DNA of 64,000 bases from Promethearchaeia archaeon (GTDB lineage Archaea; Asgardarchaeota; Lokiarchaeia; Sigyniarchaeales; SOKP01), in contig JAHQWL010000023.1 in the NCBI GenBank assembly GCA_029856155.1, positions 64,001 through 128,000 on the forward strand. The letters are read 5' to 3'. The notes beneath the pieces were generated by a model. That model worked only from the letters and a program-made list of their open reading frames with translations. It made no database searches and was not told the origin of the DNA. The position numbers were made by a program, and so were the translations under genes. Positions 1 to 11,557 of this stretch are shown in pieces (position 1 is the first letter of the stretch; every line of letters starts with the position of its first letter).

Positions 1-195
1 TATAATAAAATTTTTGCTCATTATTTTAAATCCAAATAATATAGAATTGAATGAGATCTTTTAGAAAATAATAGTAAAAGATTGACAAAAGGAGTGCCTC
101 CTAAATATTCTATAAAAAAAGTAATAGAAAATACAATAATTTTTTACCCTTTCATTCTAATTTTCTTCTATCATAATTTCTTTTAAAGCTTAAAG

Positions 196-1605
196 ATGGA
201 AGATGTAAAATTTAAAGAAATAAGAAAATCACATAAAGGTATCACTAAGCTTTCTTATGAAGTTACTCAGATTTTAGGAAATGATCCGAATAGATCTCCT
301 TTATACGCTTTATTATATGCGATAAAAAAGGAAGAAAATACTAAAGAAAAAATTTATGGCTATTTTAAATATTTCTATGTTAATGAATTTGCTAATATTA
401 GATTAAAACAACCTGAATTAGATAATTTATTGTTAGAAGGAATCAATAAAACTTTAATTCAAAAAAAAAACAATACTTATTCTTTAACCGAAGAAGGAAA
501 TGATGTTTTAACTAAATGTAAAAAAGTTAATTTAATCACAAATAAAGCGTTAAGCTTCTTTTTTAGTGAAAAAATTGTTTTAATTTTCTCTTTAGTTTGC
601 TTAATTTTTATGAGTTCGTTTAAAATAATTGTTGGATTGAACGCAGGCAGTGATGCGTTATTTAACGAGGGTATTGAGAATTTTACAGATATAATAAAGA
701 TATTTATAATTACTTTAAGTATTAAATTGGGGAAAGATAGGCTAGGGGCAATCGCAATCATTATTTTAATGTTGATAACAGGGATAAATTTGATAATATC
801 TTCTGTTTTTTCATTTTTTCAAACTCATACTATAACACCATCCTATTTCTCGTTTATATTAATGTTTATCTCGATTTTACTAAACTTAATGCTGTTAGTT
901 CTAAAAAATTTCGTTGGAAAATTACAGGCCAATTTTGCATTACTCTCTGATGCTAAGGATAATGTAAACAATATTAGATTATCATTAGGAGTCATAGTTG
1001 GATTAATTTTTGCATTATTTGGGATTTATTGGATAGATTCTATTTTCGGTATAGTAATTGCTAGTTTAATTATACTTGATGGCGTAGAGACTCTCTTGGC
1101 ATTAATCAGATCTGGTGATGATATTGATATTGACAGCTTTAAATTAAGTTTAGATAAAGCTTTTGAATTTAAAATAGCCCATTGGATATTAGTTGTTATT
1201 CAAGAAGAAAATCTGTCCGAACAACAACTAAATGAAAATTTTATGGAAGCTATCGAAAAAGGTTATGAAATTTTTGGCGTTTGGGCGATATTTGGACTTT
1301 CAAATATTGAAAAGTTTAATATTCATAAGATTTTAAGCCTCATGAAAAACAAAGGTTTGATAATTATACAAGATGATATTTGTTATCTCACAGATAAGGG
1401 TAAAAAACAATATTATAATGCTCTTTCCCAGGAAATAGATAGAGTCTCAAGAAATAAGAAAAAATTTAAGAATTGGAGACCTCCGAGTAGATTTTCCAAA
1501 GTAGTCTGGCTTTTATTTGGAATTTTTGTTCCTATTTTATTAACATTACTGATAATATATGTTGGACCAAATATTTACAATTTTATTATCAATTTAATAG
1601 AATAA
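196..1605 (+). CDS. Cation diffusion facilitator (CDF)-like membrane protein flanked by winged-helix-like segments
   Basis: Central hydrophobic helices with CDF-like GSDALFNEGIENFTD and ALLSDAKDN motifs; wing-like YSLTEEG and CYLTDKG motifs before and after the membrane domain. Confidence 0.65.
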   Translation: MEDVKFKEIRKSHKGITKLSYEVTQILGNDPNRSPLYALLYAIKKEENTKEKIYGYFKYFYVNEFANIRLKQPELDNLLLEGINKTLIQKKNNTYSLTEEGNDVLTKCKKVNLITNKALSFFFSEKIVLIFSLVCLIFMSSFKIIVGLNAGSDALFNEGIENFTDIIKIFIITLSIKLGKDRLGAIAIIILMLITGINLIISSVFSFFQTHTITPSYFSFILMFISILLNLMLLVLKNFVGKLQANFALLSDAKDNVNNIRLSLGVIVGLIFALFGIYWIDSIFGIVIASLIILDGVETLLALIRSGDDIDIDSFKLSLDKAFEFKIAHWILVVIQEENLSEQQLNENFMEAIEKGYEIFGVWAIFGLSNIEKFNIHKILSLMKNKGLIIIQDDICYLTDKGKKQYYNALSQEIDRVSRNKKKFKNWRPPSRFSKVVWLLFGIFVPILLTLLIIYVGPNIYNFIINLIE

Positions 1606-1621
1606 AAAAGAGTATCTTTTC

Positions 1622-2212
1622 ATGCTAAAAAATAAAGATGTTTCAAAAGTAAGGGAATTCGCTATTGATCATTCTGAAAAAGATGATATTCATGGTTTTT
1701 TACATGTTGGGCGCGTCCTAAATTTATGTCTGCAATTAGGTAAACAATTAAATGCTAATTTAATGATACTTGAAATTGCAGCATTACTGCATGATATTGG
1801 TAGAAAAATTAAACATAAAAAGACGTATAGTAAGAATCATGCTGAAGTATCAGCCGACATGGCTTTTGAATTCTTAGACTCTTGTGATTTTAAACTCTCT
1901 CAAGAAGACTTTGATAATATAATTCACTGTATTAGATCCCATTCATTCTCAAATAATACAAATCCTCAGACCATTGAAGCCAAAATATTATCTGACGCTG
2001 ATAAATTAGATGCTCTTGGTGCGATAGGATTATACAGGACTATAGGATTTACAGTCAAAAATAAGGGTAATATCGATGATATTATAAAACATTTGGAAGA
2101 AAAGATTATCAAATTAAAAGATAAGCTATTTCTCGATATTTCAAAAGAGATTGCTGAGAAACGGCAGAAAATAATATTAGATTTCTATAAAGAAATTAAA
2201 TTTGAAATATAA
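1622..2212 (+). CDS. HD-domain metal-dependent phosphohydrolase
   Basis: HGFLHVGRV, AALLHDIG, SHSFS and ILSDADKLDALGAIG motifs. Confidence 0.9.
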   Translation: MLKNKDVSKVREFAIDHSEKDDIHGFLHVGRVLNLCLQLGKQLNANLMILEIAALLHDIGRKIKHKKTYSKNHAEVSADMAFEFLDSCDFKLSQEDFDNIIHCIRSHSFSNNTNPQTIEAKILSDADKLDALGAIGLYRTIGFTVKNKGNIDDIIKHLEEKIIKLKDKLFLDISKEIAEKRQKIILDFYKEIKFEI

Positions 2213-2306
2213 GTTTTTAATCACAATTAATGATGGATTCTTTCAGCATTTAGAATATTATTGATAATTATGGAAATTCTCATACATTTCGAAAATCAAA
2301 TGGATT

Positions 2307-2933
2307 TTATTTCTTGTCAGAATCAGAAATTACCATATATTCAACGATAATATTTATTAGATTTTCAATGATCTCAGGAAATTTATCTCTACCAATATAT
2401 TCTATCGTCTCATCATCTAAACCAATTGTAAATATAGATTTCAATATACCTGCTAAAATTTCGGGATCTTTATTTATAATCAATCCTTCTTTTTGCCACA
2501 TTTTTATAAATTTCGGAATATATTCATAAGTTTGGAGCTTTTGTTCTAATTTAGGATTATTATGGAGTTTCCTAATAAGATATTCTCTTGTATTTTTATC
2601 GGCGATTTGTTGTATAATTGGATTTTCGTTGGGGGCTTGAATATGAAAGTATAAAAAATCTTTAAAGGTTCCCCTAGGATCTTTCTTCATTTTTTTTAAT
2701 AACTGACTTACCTTTTTTATCATCTTTTGTTCTGCTTGAGTGAGAACATCCAGAAATAATTCTTCTTTTGAATTATAGAAGGAATAAAAAGAACCTTTTG
2801 CAATACCTACAGCATTAGTTATGTCTTCAACATTTGTTTTCTTTAACCCATAAATTCCAAAAAAATCAGCACCCTTTTCAATTAGGTTATTTTTAATAAT
2901 CTTTTTTTCCTCAGTGGTAAAACCTTTAGGCAT
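2307..2933 (-). CDS. TetR/AcrR family transcriptional regulator
   Basis: N-terminal GLKKTNVEDITNAVGIAKGSFYSFYNSKEELF HTH signature. Confidence 0.92.
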   Translation of the reverse strand: MPKGFTTEEKKIIKNNLIEKGADFFGIYGLKKTNVEDITNAVGIAKGSFYSFYNSKEELFLDVLTQAEQKMIKKVSQLLKKMKKDPRGTFKDFLYFHIQAPNENPIIQQIADKNTREYLIRKLHNNPKLEQKLQTYEYIPKFIKMWQKEGLIINKDPEILAGILKSIFTIGLDDETIEYIGRDKFPEIIENLINIIVEYMVISDSDKK

Positions 2934-2970
2934 TATAATAATAATAAGGACTTTTTAATTTAAAGATTTA

Positions 2971-3017
2971 TGACTAAATGACCAAGTGACTTACTGACCC
3001 AAACGTTTATATAGTCA
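2971..3017. promoter_or_regulatory. Candidate TetR operator array in the divergent tetR/SDR intergenic region
   Basis: TGAC at 2971, 2979, 2987 and 2995 (exact 8-bp period), then TTTATATA and an inverted GTCA. Confidence 0.5.
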
Positions 3018-3061
3018 TATTAATTATAAAATCATAAACATAAAAAATTGGTGTTTATCAA

Positions 3062-4348
3062 ATGTTTATTGAAAAATTAGGTTTATCCAAAAATATACTT
3101 ATAAATAAAGTTGCGATCATTACTGGTGCAGGGAGAGGTATTGGTAAAGAACTCGCAAGAGCTCTAGCTTGGTTAGGAGCAAACGTTATCATTGCCGAAA
3201 TAAATGAATATGGAAAAGACGTAGAAAATTTAATTTGTTCTGAAGGAGGAACTGCTCTTTTCGTGAAAACAGATGTTTCTAAAGAAGAAGATATTAAAAA
3301 ATTAGAGAAAGCAGTTATTGGGAGATTTGGGAAAGTAGATATCTTAATTAATAATGCCTATAGAACATCAACAGGTACTATAGATGAAATATCGATAGAA
3401 GACTGGGATAAGATATATAATGTTAATATCCGTGGGGCTATTTGTGCCATTAAAACATTTTTACCTTATATGATTAAACAAAATGATGGTGTTATAAATA
3501 CTGTAACCTCTGCAGAAGGATGGCCATATATGGCACCCTATTTTGCAACTAAAACAGCATTGGCATCAATAGGAAAATCACTTGCAGCAGAATTAGATGA
3601 TACCAATATTTCAGTCTTCGTGTTTGGTCCTGGAATGATTGATACACCAGGATTACAAGAATATAGCCGTATTTTAGCACCAAAATATGGTATGACTGAG
3701 GAAGAATTCAAAAGTCAAGGAGTTAACCCTGGATATGATGGATTAATGCCAGCAGATCATTGTGCCGCAGGATGGGCATACAATATTGTCTATGCAAAGG
3801 AATATCACGGGCAAATAACTGAGCCATTTTCCCCTCTATTAAAACTAGGATTTATTTGCGCAAAAAAGACACAAAGCTTAGTTAAAGAGAAAAAAATACA
3901 AAGTGAAACTGAATTGAAAATCTTTATTTCAGAGATTAATGAAAATTCCCAAAATGTGCGTGCACTTATAGAAAAACTTTATCAAGAGACAAATGACTTG
4001 GGTTTATTAGCGAAAATGTGGATGAATCACACTTTTGCGAAAAGATGCGGAATGAAAATAGAAAAATGTGTTGAAACTATGACCGAACTTGATAATGAGA
4101 TTCAAAAAATACCTAATGATATATACATTCAAAAAGAACATAATTCCATTTCTATCATAAAGAAATTACCTTGGTTTATTCAAGTTTTGGAGAAGCTTGC
4201 GGATCACTTTCATAAATGTATAGATGATGCAAAAGGGTGGATTAAAGATCCTGATGAATTAGAAATTGCGCTTAAAACTTTAAATAATAGAGAAAAAAGT
4301 GTACTTAATTTAATTTCTAACCTTAATCAAGTAGAAACTTTAATATAA
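3062..4348 (+). CDS. Short-chain dehydrogenase/reductase with C-terminal helical extension
   Basis: ITGAGRGIG Rossmann motif, DILINNA, YFATK catalytic motif, PGMIDT. Confidence 0.9.
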   Translation: MFIEKLGLSKNILINKVAIITGAGRGIGKELARALAWLGANVIIAEINEYGKDVENLICSEGGTALFVKTDVSKEEDIKKLEKAVIGRFGKVDILINNAYRTSTGTIDEISIEDWDKIYNVNIRGAICAIKTFLPYMIKQNDGVINTVTSAEGWPYMAPYFATKTALASIGKSLAAELDDTNISVFVFGPGMIDTPGLQEYSRILAPKYGMTEEEFKSQGVNPGYDGLMPADHCAAGWAYNIVYAKEYHGQITEPFSPLLKLGFICAKKTQSLVKEKKIQSETELKIFISEINENSQNVRALIEKLYQETNDLGLLAKMWMNHTFAKRCGMKIEKCVETMTELDNEIQKIPNDIYIQKEHNSISIIKKLPWFIQVLEKLADHFHKCIDDAKGWIKDPDELEIALKTLNNREKSVLNLISNLNQVETLI

Positions 4349-4387
4349 AAGACATTAATTTTTTTATTTTTTATTTAAATCTCAATT

Positions 4388-4569
4388 CTATAGGATTCAT
4401 AATAAAAAATAAAGGAAATCTTAATGATGTTGTCAAACGTTTAAGAGAAAAATTAATTAAATTGAAAGATATGTTATTGTTTGATATTTCAAGAAAGAAA
4501 GCTAGAAAGAGGCACAAAATTATACTATACTTTTATAAACAAATAAAACTTGAAGCAGATTTAGATTAA
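4388..4569 (+). pseudogene. Orphan diverged copy of the 3' end of the HD gene (2040-2212)
   Basis: Translates IGFIIKNKGNLNDVVKRLREKLIKLKDMLLFDIS..., colinear with IGFTVKNKGNIDDIIKHLEEKIIKLKDKLFLDIS...; no 5' part. Confidence 0.85.
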
Positions 4570-4701
4570 AAAAGGAATTAAAAATTAATCTTATTTTTTA
4601 AAAAAAATAATTTTTTTAATTATTAATTGCTATTTTTATCAAAGTATGAAAAAATTATAAAATAATATTAACATCGAATTGAAAGTTCAGTAAAAATAGA
4701 A

Positions 4702-6675
4702 ATGACTCATTTTAAAACTTATCCTTTTACTGCTATTGTAGGACAAGATCTTATGAAGCTTGCACTTATTCTAAACGCAATAAATCCAAAAATTGGTGGG
4801 CTCTTAATAAAAGGGACAAAAGGAACTGCAAAATCGACCACTGTAAGAGCTTTGGCAGATCTACTTCCTGAAATAAATATTATTAAAGATTGTCCATTTA
4901 ATTGTAACCCACACGATCTAAAAGAATCATGTCATGAATGTCAACATAAAATAATCGACAGAAAGTTGAAGAATAATGATATAGAATTTCGCAAAATGCG
5001 TGTTATTAATTTGCCTATAAATGCTACTGAGGATAGAGTAGTAGGGACGATTAACATTAAAAAGGCATTAGAACAGGGATTGAAAGCTTTAGAACCAGGG
5101 ATATTGGCAGAAGCAAATAGAAATATACTCTATATAGATGAAGTGAACCTACTTGCTGATAATGTAGCAGATGTATTATTGGATAGTGCAGCAATGGGAA
5201 TTAATATTATTGAACGAGAAGGTATTAGTATTCATCACCCTTCTAATTTTATCTTGGTGGGAACGATGAATCCTGAGGAAGGAAATTTGAGACCTCAGCT
5301 TTTGGATCGATTTGGATTAAGTGTAGAGGCAAAACCTATTTTAGATATCAATGAACGAGTTAAAATTATAAAATACGTTGAAGATTATCATATTGATCCT
5401 CATAAATTTCACGATAAGTTTGAAACTGAACAAAAATTATTAAGAGAGAAGATTGTTAAGGCTCGTGAAATTCTTAATAAAGTTAAAATTTCAGATGAAC
5501 AACTAGAAAACATTGCAAAATTATCTATTAAACTGGAAATTGATAGTCACCGCGCAGATATTGCTATAAATATAACAGCAAAAACTATTGCTGCTTTTCA
5601 TGGAAGAACAAACGTTTTAGATGAAGATATAAAAATAGCAGCAAGATTGGCATTAGCACATCGTTTAAGAAAACTTCCATTTGAAGAACAAAAAATAGAT
5701 GAAGATGATATCGAAAAGATGTTTGAAGAACAAGATAAGGAAGAAGCACAGAAACTGAATATAAATAATTCAGAACATCGAAATAATAAAGAAATTATAA
5801 ATCTAAAAGAGGAAATTTTCGGCATAGATACTAAGATATCTACAGATGGAATATTAGAAAAAAAAAGAATTGTAAAAGATATGAACACTTCTGGTCAAAG
5901 AATACTACACCCTACTCGTGATAAGAAGGGGAAATATATTGGTGGTCAAAAACCCAAAGATTTTAATTTTAGATCATCTTCGGATATTGCTGTTCTTGAA
6001 ACTATTAACAACGCCGCTTTAGAACCTGAAAATAGAAATGCTTTTAAAAATGGAGCAAAATTAGAGATTAAAAATGAACATATTCATATTAAGAAAAGAA
6101 TTGGAAAATCAAGCCATCTATTTGTTTTCTGTGTTGACACTTCGGGATCGATGGGAGCAAATGACAGAATGATAGCCGTTAAAGGAGTAATATTTTCTAT
6201 CCTTCAATCTAATTATGTATATCGCGATAAAGTCTCATTAGTTGTTTTTCGTGGAGAAGATGCAGAAGTTATTTTACCTCCCACTCGAAGTATTGATTTA
6301 GCATATAAATTGTTAAAGGAAATACCTACAGGAGGTACAACACCACTAATTAAAGGTTTAGTAAAAGCATTAGATATTGCTCTTGAAGAGAAAAGAAAGA
6401 AAACAGGATATATACCCTTGATCATTCTCATTTCTGATGCTAGAGGAAATGTATTTTATAAGGATGCTATAGACGATTTATTAAAAACTGGTAAAGAAAT
6501 TTCTAAAAATCTGATTGATATGATTATTATTGATACAGAAGGCTCGGATGTCAAATTAGAAATCAATAAAAAATTATCTGAATCAACAAATGCGAAATAT
6601 TATCATATTGATACCATGAATAAAGAAAAGGTGAATAAAATTCTGGGAATGGAAGGATTATTTGAAAATATCTAA
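4702..6675 (+). CDS. Magnesium/cobalt chelatase AAA+ subunit with C-terminal vWA domain (ChlI/ChlD-type)
   Basis: [18 protein letters not shown] Walker [25 protein letters not shown]; vWA DTSGSM and TGGTTPL. Confidence 0.92.
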   Translation: MTHFKTYPFTAIVGQDLMKLALILNAINPKIGGLLIKGTKGTAKSTTVRALADLLPEINIIKDCPFNCNPHDLKESCHECQHKIIDRKLKNNDIEFRKMRVINLPINATEDRVVGTINIKKALEQGLKALEPGILAEANRNILYIDEVNLLADNVADVLLDSAAMGINIIEREGISIHHPSNFILVGTMNPEEGNLRPQLLDRFGLSVEAKPILDINERVKIIKYVEDYHIDPHKFHDKFETEQKLLREKIVKAREILNKVKISDEQLENIAKLSIKLEIDSHRADIAINITAKTIAAFHGRTNVLDEDIKIAARLALAHRLRKLPFEEQKIDEDDIEKMFEEQDKEEAQKLNINNSEHRNNKEIINLKEEIFGIDTKISTDGILEKKRIVKDMNTSGQRILHPTRDKKGKYIGGQKPKDFNFRSSSDIAVLETINNAALEPENRNAFKNGAKLEIKNEHIHIKKRIGKSSHLFVFCVDTSGSMGANDRMIAVKGVIFSILQSNYVYRDKVSLVVFRGEDAEVILPPTRSIDLAYKLLKEIPTGGTTPLIKGLVKALDIALEEKRKKTGYIPLIILISDARGNVFYKDAIDDLLKTGKEISKNLIDMIIIDTEGSDVKLEINKKLSESTNAKYYHIDTMNKEKVNKILGMEGLFENI

Positions 6676-6684
6676 TAGTGAATA

Positions 6685-9600
6685 TTGACTATGAATCAAA
6701 ATATAGATTACACGAGAGATACACCTAAAATAACATTAATTACAGCTTCTGTTTTTTTGAAATGGTTAACTGAAGGGATTCAAGAGATCTATAATCAATT
6801 TGGAAAGGTATTCGATTTTAAAATCTATTTTCTTAATGATTTGGACTCAGGAAAAATATCAAAAGAGGAAGTTAAAGAAGCTATTTATCAATCTAAAGTT
6901 ATGCTAATTGATATCCGAGGAAATTCTCCAACAGTTGAACTTTTGGTAAAATCTTATGAAGAAATGGAAAAAAATCAACCAGAATTATTTGATACCAAAG
7001 AAATAATCGCATTAGTAGGAGGAAATAGCGAAATAAGAGGTTTAACAAAAATGGGGGCCTTTCAAGCCCGAAAGATACCTTCTCCTCAAAATAGAGAGTA
7101 TAGTATCGATGAAATACCAGATTTAACGAAAGCAGTAAGATTTGGACAAAGAATGACTGAGTTTTTGAAATTTTTAGGAAAAGTGTTCCCTTTTAAATTA
7201 CTCAGACATGCGCGCTATTGGGTCATAATGATGGATTACTGGGTACATGGATTAGGAGGAATCGCTGAGAATCATAAAAACATGCTCCTGTTTCTTTTAA
7301 AGCACTATTTAGGATATAAGAATTTTAAGGTTCCCAAACCAAAAAAGATTCCCTCTTTTGGTATTTATGATCCTCAATTGAATGAATATTTTAATAATAC
7401 TGAAGATTATTTTAGAAAAAAGCCAATAGACCATAATAAACAAACTATAGGAATATTTTTTTATGGAGGATTATACTTTGAACAATCTTTACCTATAGTA
7501 AAATAATTTATGAAAAATTTCTCAGAATTTAATATTCTTCCTGTTTTTTCTGATGTTTTAACAAATGTAGAAGCTTATCAAAAATTATTTTTTAAAGGTG
7601 GAGTAAAATTAATAAGCGCTGTTATTAATCTTCAATATTTTCAGTTAAATGGGGGTCCTTTTGGTGGAGATACCTATATAACAAGGGATTTATTTAAAAA
7701 ATTAGATATCCCACAATTTAATCCAATTATACAATATGATATGCCTTTTGAGGAATATACTAAATCAAATGAAGGAATTAACCCCATTAACCAAGTGATT
7801 GCAATTGTAATGCCCGAATTAGATGGAAGAATAGAAATGATTACTGTTGGCAGTCTTAAAAATTTAGGATATTCTGATGATTTAAAATCCAATATTTTAG
7901 AAGTACAACCAATAATTGAAAATGTTAAATTCTATGCTCAAAGGGTTAAAAAATGGTTATATTTGAGAATAAAAGAAAATTCCGAGAAAAAACTAGCAAT
8001 TATTATTTACAACTATCCTCCTGGAGAAGATAAAATAGGTAATGCTGCATATTTAGATGTGTCTGAGTCAATCAAGAATTTAATAGAAAAATTGATTAAA
8101 GAAGGATACAATACAGAAAAAATTCCTGAAAACAAGAATTTAATGGATTTGTTTATTGATTTTGGTGCTGTAAATACACCAAAATATATGAATATCCAAA
8201 AATATAAAGGACATAAAGTCTCTGTACAAACCTATATTAAATTTTTTAAAAATCTTCCTTCACATCTCCAAGATGAAATTATTGAATATTGGGGACCTCC
8301 ACCAGGTAAGATTATGGTAGACAATTCACATCTCAAATTACCCATTATTCAATTTGGTAATATATATATTTGTCTACAACCCTCCAGAAGTAAAGTATCT
8401 GGAGATCCTAATGAATATCATAATAAGAATTTACCCCCTCATCATCAATATTTCGCTTTTTATCGTTATTTAGAAAATATTTTAAATATAGATGCCATAA
8501 TTCATTTTGGAACTCATGGGACTGCAGAATTTCTTCCAGGCAAGGAATGTGCTGGTTGGATTTATGATTTTAATTTAAACTTAATTAGTAGTATACCAAA
8601 TATTTACTATTATCATATTACAAATACTAGTGAATCAGCTATCGCTAAAAGAAGAAGTAATGCGATTATTATTAATCATGCTGGACCTTCATTCAAAAAC
8701 GCGGGATTGTATCAAGAATTTGCTCAGTTAGAGTTATTAATATCTGAATATCAAAATACAAACCTTTCTTTTAGCCTTAAAAACCAAAAGAACAATAGAA
8801 TCGATGATCTCGAAAAAGAAATTAAATATTTAGCAAAAAATATGAATATTGATTACGAACATATAGCAGAATTGGAAGATAAATTATATAGATATAAAGC
8901 TTCTGTAATTCCCATGGGGCTTCATACATTAGGAAAATCTTATTCTTCTCAACAAAAATTTGATCTAATTCGAATGATTTTATTACACTCAACTGAAAAA
9001 CCGGATTATGTCGAAGAATTTCTTTCTTATTTTAAGAACAAAGAAAAAATTGATGTAAAAAAGGTTAAAAAATACTTAAACACTTTTTTTGAGAGTAATG
9101 CAAATCAATTGTCTTTTGAAGATATAAATCAAAGGTTAGTATCTGAATATAGTATAAGTGAAGAAATAAATCAATTAACAATAAAATGGATATTGTCTTT
9201 AAAAAACAGAATTGAAAATTCTCTTGAATTAGACAATATCATCCATGCTCTGGAAGGAGGATATATTGAGCCAGGATTAGGAGGGGATCCAATCCGTTCT
9301 CCTCATATTTATCCAACTGGAAAAAATTCATATGGTTTTGATCCACGACTAATACCTAATTCTACTGCAATAAAACGAGGAAATGAAATAGCAGAAAAAT
9401 TAATTCAAAATTACAAAACTAATAATAATGAGTGGCCCGAAACTGTTAGTGTAGTACTTTGGGCTTTTGAAACTATGAAAACTGGGGGAGAAACTATTGG
9501 GCAAATTTTTAACTATTTAGGAGTTAAATCCATTAAAAATAAATCCATTTGGACCACTGAATTAGAAATCATACCTTTAGAAGAAATGAATCATCCGAGA

Positions 9601-10488
9601 ATCAATGTGATTATTACAATTTGTGGTATCTTTCGAGATACATTTCCTTATCATCTAGAATTAATTAATAAAGCAATTGAATTAGTAGCAGAGCTAAATG
9701 AAGATGTTGAAAATAATTATGTGAAAAAATCGATGTTTACATTGAAACAGAAAGGAGTAGAGAATGTCGAAGCACGTGTATTTGGTCCACCTCCAGGAAA
9801 ATATAATACAAATTTAACAGAGATAATAGCAGCTGGAAAGTGGGATGATGAGACAGAATTGGCAGAAGATTACCTTAAAAATATGAGTTTTGCATATATG
9901 AAGAACCAAAAAGTAAGACAATTAGAAAAGAATTTTAGATTAAATATTAATGAAATTAAATTAATGAGTCAAATAAGAGATTCGAGTGAATATCAAATAA
10001 CAGACTTAGATCACTACTATGAGTTTACTGGAGGATTAGCTCGTACATACAAACAAATTAATGGAAAATACGCAAATGTTTATATAGCAGATTCTTCTAG
10101 TAAAGAAATTAAAATAAATACTTTAAGGGAAAGCATTAAAGAAGGCGCAATAACGCGTTCTTTGAATCCTAAATGGATTAATGGTTTATTAAAGCATAAG
10201 TATCATGGCGGTCAAAAAATAGCTGAAAGAGTAGAAAACTTTCTTGGCTTATCTGCTACAACTCATGAAGTAGATAACTGGATTTGGGATAAAGCATATA
10301 ATCAATATATAGAAAACGAAGAATTGAGAGAAGGTTTAAAGGATAATAACAGGTTTGCAATGATGGACATAATAAAAAATATGCTTCAAGCTAATAACAG
10401 AGGTTATTGGAGTGCTAATGAGGAACAAATAAATAATTTGAAAAAAATTTATCTTGAAATAGAAAATTGGGTTGAATTAAAGTACTAA
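6685..10488 (+). pseudogene. cobN: Cobaltochelatase CobN/ChlH-family large subunit interrupted by one in-frame TAA at 7504-7506
   Basis: ORFs 6685-7506 and 7510-10488 share a frame; motifs PELDG, YNYPPG, HFGTHGTAEFLPGK, PTGKN, ICGIFRD, DLDHYYEF, NPKWINGL. May be a sequencing error or a split gene. Confidence 0.8.
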
Positions 10489-10507
10489 TTTATCTAAATT
10501 ATTGATA

Positions 10508-11419
10508 TTATACTAAATGATGAAATTCTTCAGCATTAATAATGACTTCTTTTAAAATTTGAAAGTTTTTATCCTCTCCATGAATTAAAAATATCTTATT
10601 TTTGATTGGAATTGCTGCTTCTTTTCCGATTAAAACCCATTCTTCTTTAGTTAAATTTCTAACTATTGAACCTTCTTTAAATTTAATATAAACTAATGCT
10701 CCTAAAAAACCATTAAATTTAGTTTCTTCAAGTTTCACATCTTCAAAGTCGGGAATTTCATTATTTTTACCTTCATTTTTAATCTCATATTCAGTCTTAC
10801 TCAATAGCAAGTTCAAATTAGCTTGAATTAAATTATTATCATTCTCTATATTTCTTTTATGATTATACTCGAAAATGATGAGACCACATTCCTGTGTAAA
10901 TGTTCCTTTATGACCTATCAGTTCATAATCATATACTATTCGACCTAAAGATTCTGAATGTTCGATAACTTCTGATTTAACTTTCCACCTCTTTGAAATA
11001 AGAGGTTCTATGTATTTTTGAGAACCAGGATGAATAGTATCAATCGTTAACTCTTTTTTTTCTTGATATAGTTTATCTAGAGTATCGCCAATATACAACC
11101 TCTTTTGTTTTAGTTTCTCAATCTTTACTTCCAAATTATCTACTATTTCATTAAAAATTTCCAATGGGGGTTTAGCTATAAATTTCATCCTTCGAGGTTG
11201 TTTCCTTATTTCTAAAATCTCAATCCAACCTTTATCACTTAGTTTTTCTAATATTCCATATAATGTTGTACGTGCAATTTGAAGATTATATTTTAATCTT
11301 CCTACCATATCACCATTATGCCCTCTTTCAACTAGTGCTAAATAGACTGTAGCTTCGTCAGCAGTTAAACCAAAATCTTGTAAATCTTGAATATATATTT
11401 CTTTTTCCTTATCTTTCAT
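10508..11419 (-). CDS. TrmB-type HTH transcriptional regulator with uncharacterised C-terminal domain; paralogue of the C-terminal two-thirds of 17913-19163
   Basis: LQDFGLTADEATVYLALV...IARTTLYGILEKLSDKGWI...FIAKPP; shares CGLIIFEYN and IPDxEDxKxExTK with the 17913 protein. Confidence 0.85.
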   Translation of the reverse strand: MKDKEKEIYIQDLQDFGLTADEATVYLALVERGHNGDMVGRLKYNLQIARTTLYGILEKLSDKGWIEILEIRKQPRRMKFIAKPPLEIFNEIVDNLEVKIEKLKQKRLYIGDTLDKLYQEKKELTIDTIHPGSQKYIEPLISKRWKVKSEVIEHSESLGRIVYDYELIGHKGTFTQECGLIIFEYNHKRNIENDNNLIQANLNLLLSKTEYEIKNEGKNNEIPDFEDVKLEETKFNGFLGALVYIKFKEGSIVRNLTKEEWVLIGKEAAIPIKNKIFLIHGEDKNFQILKEVIINAEEFHHLV

Positions 11420-11461
11420 ACTTTTTCATAAATTATATAATAATTAATTAACCTTTTTTAT

Positions 11462-11493
11462 TATATAAATATGTTGTCGAGATAGGACGACAA
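11462..11493 (-). promoter_or_regulatory. TATA box (TTTATATA on - strand) with adjacent TTGTCG-N8-CGACAA palindrome
   Basis: tatataaa at 11462-11469; TTGTC at 11474 and GACAA at 11489; lies between divergent regulator and methyltransferase genes. Confidence 0.65.
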
Positions 11494-11557
11494 TAAGAAT
11501 TTATTTAAATAGAATTCTTATTTTTGTTTATTTAGATAATTTAAAAATTGAAATGAG

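Noticed and set aside
7504-7506. Recoding (Sec/Pyl) of the cobN internal stop
   Set aside because: The codon is TAA, which is the normal stop in most genes here.
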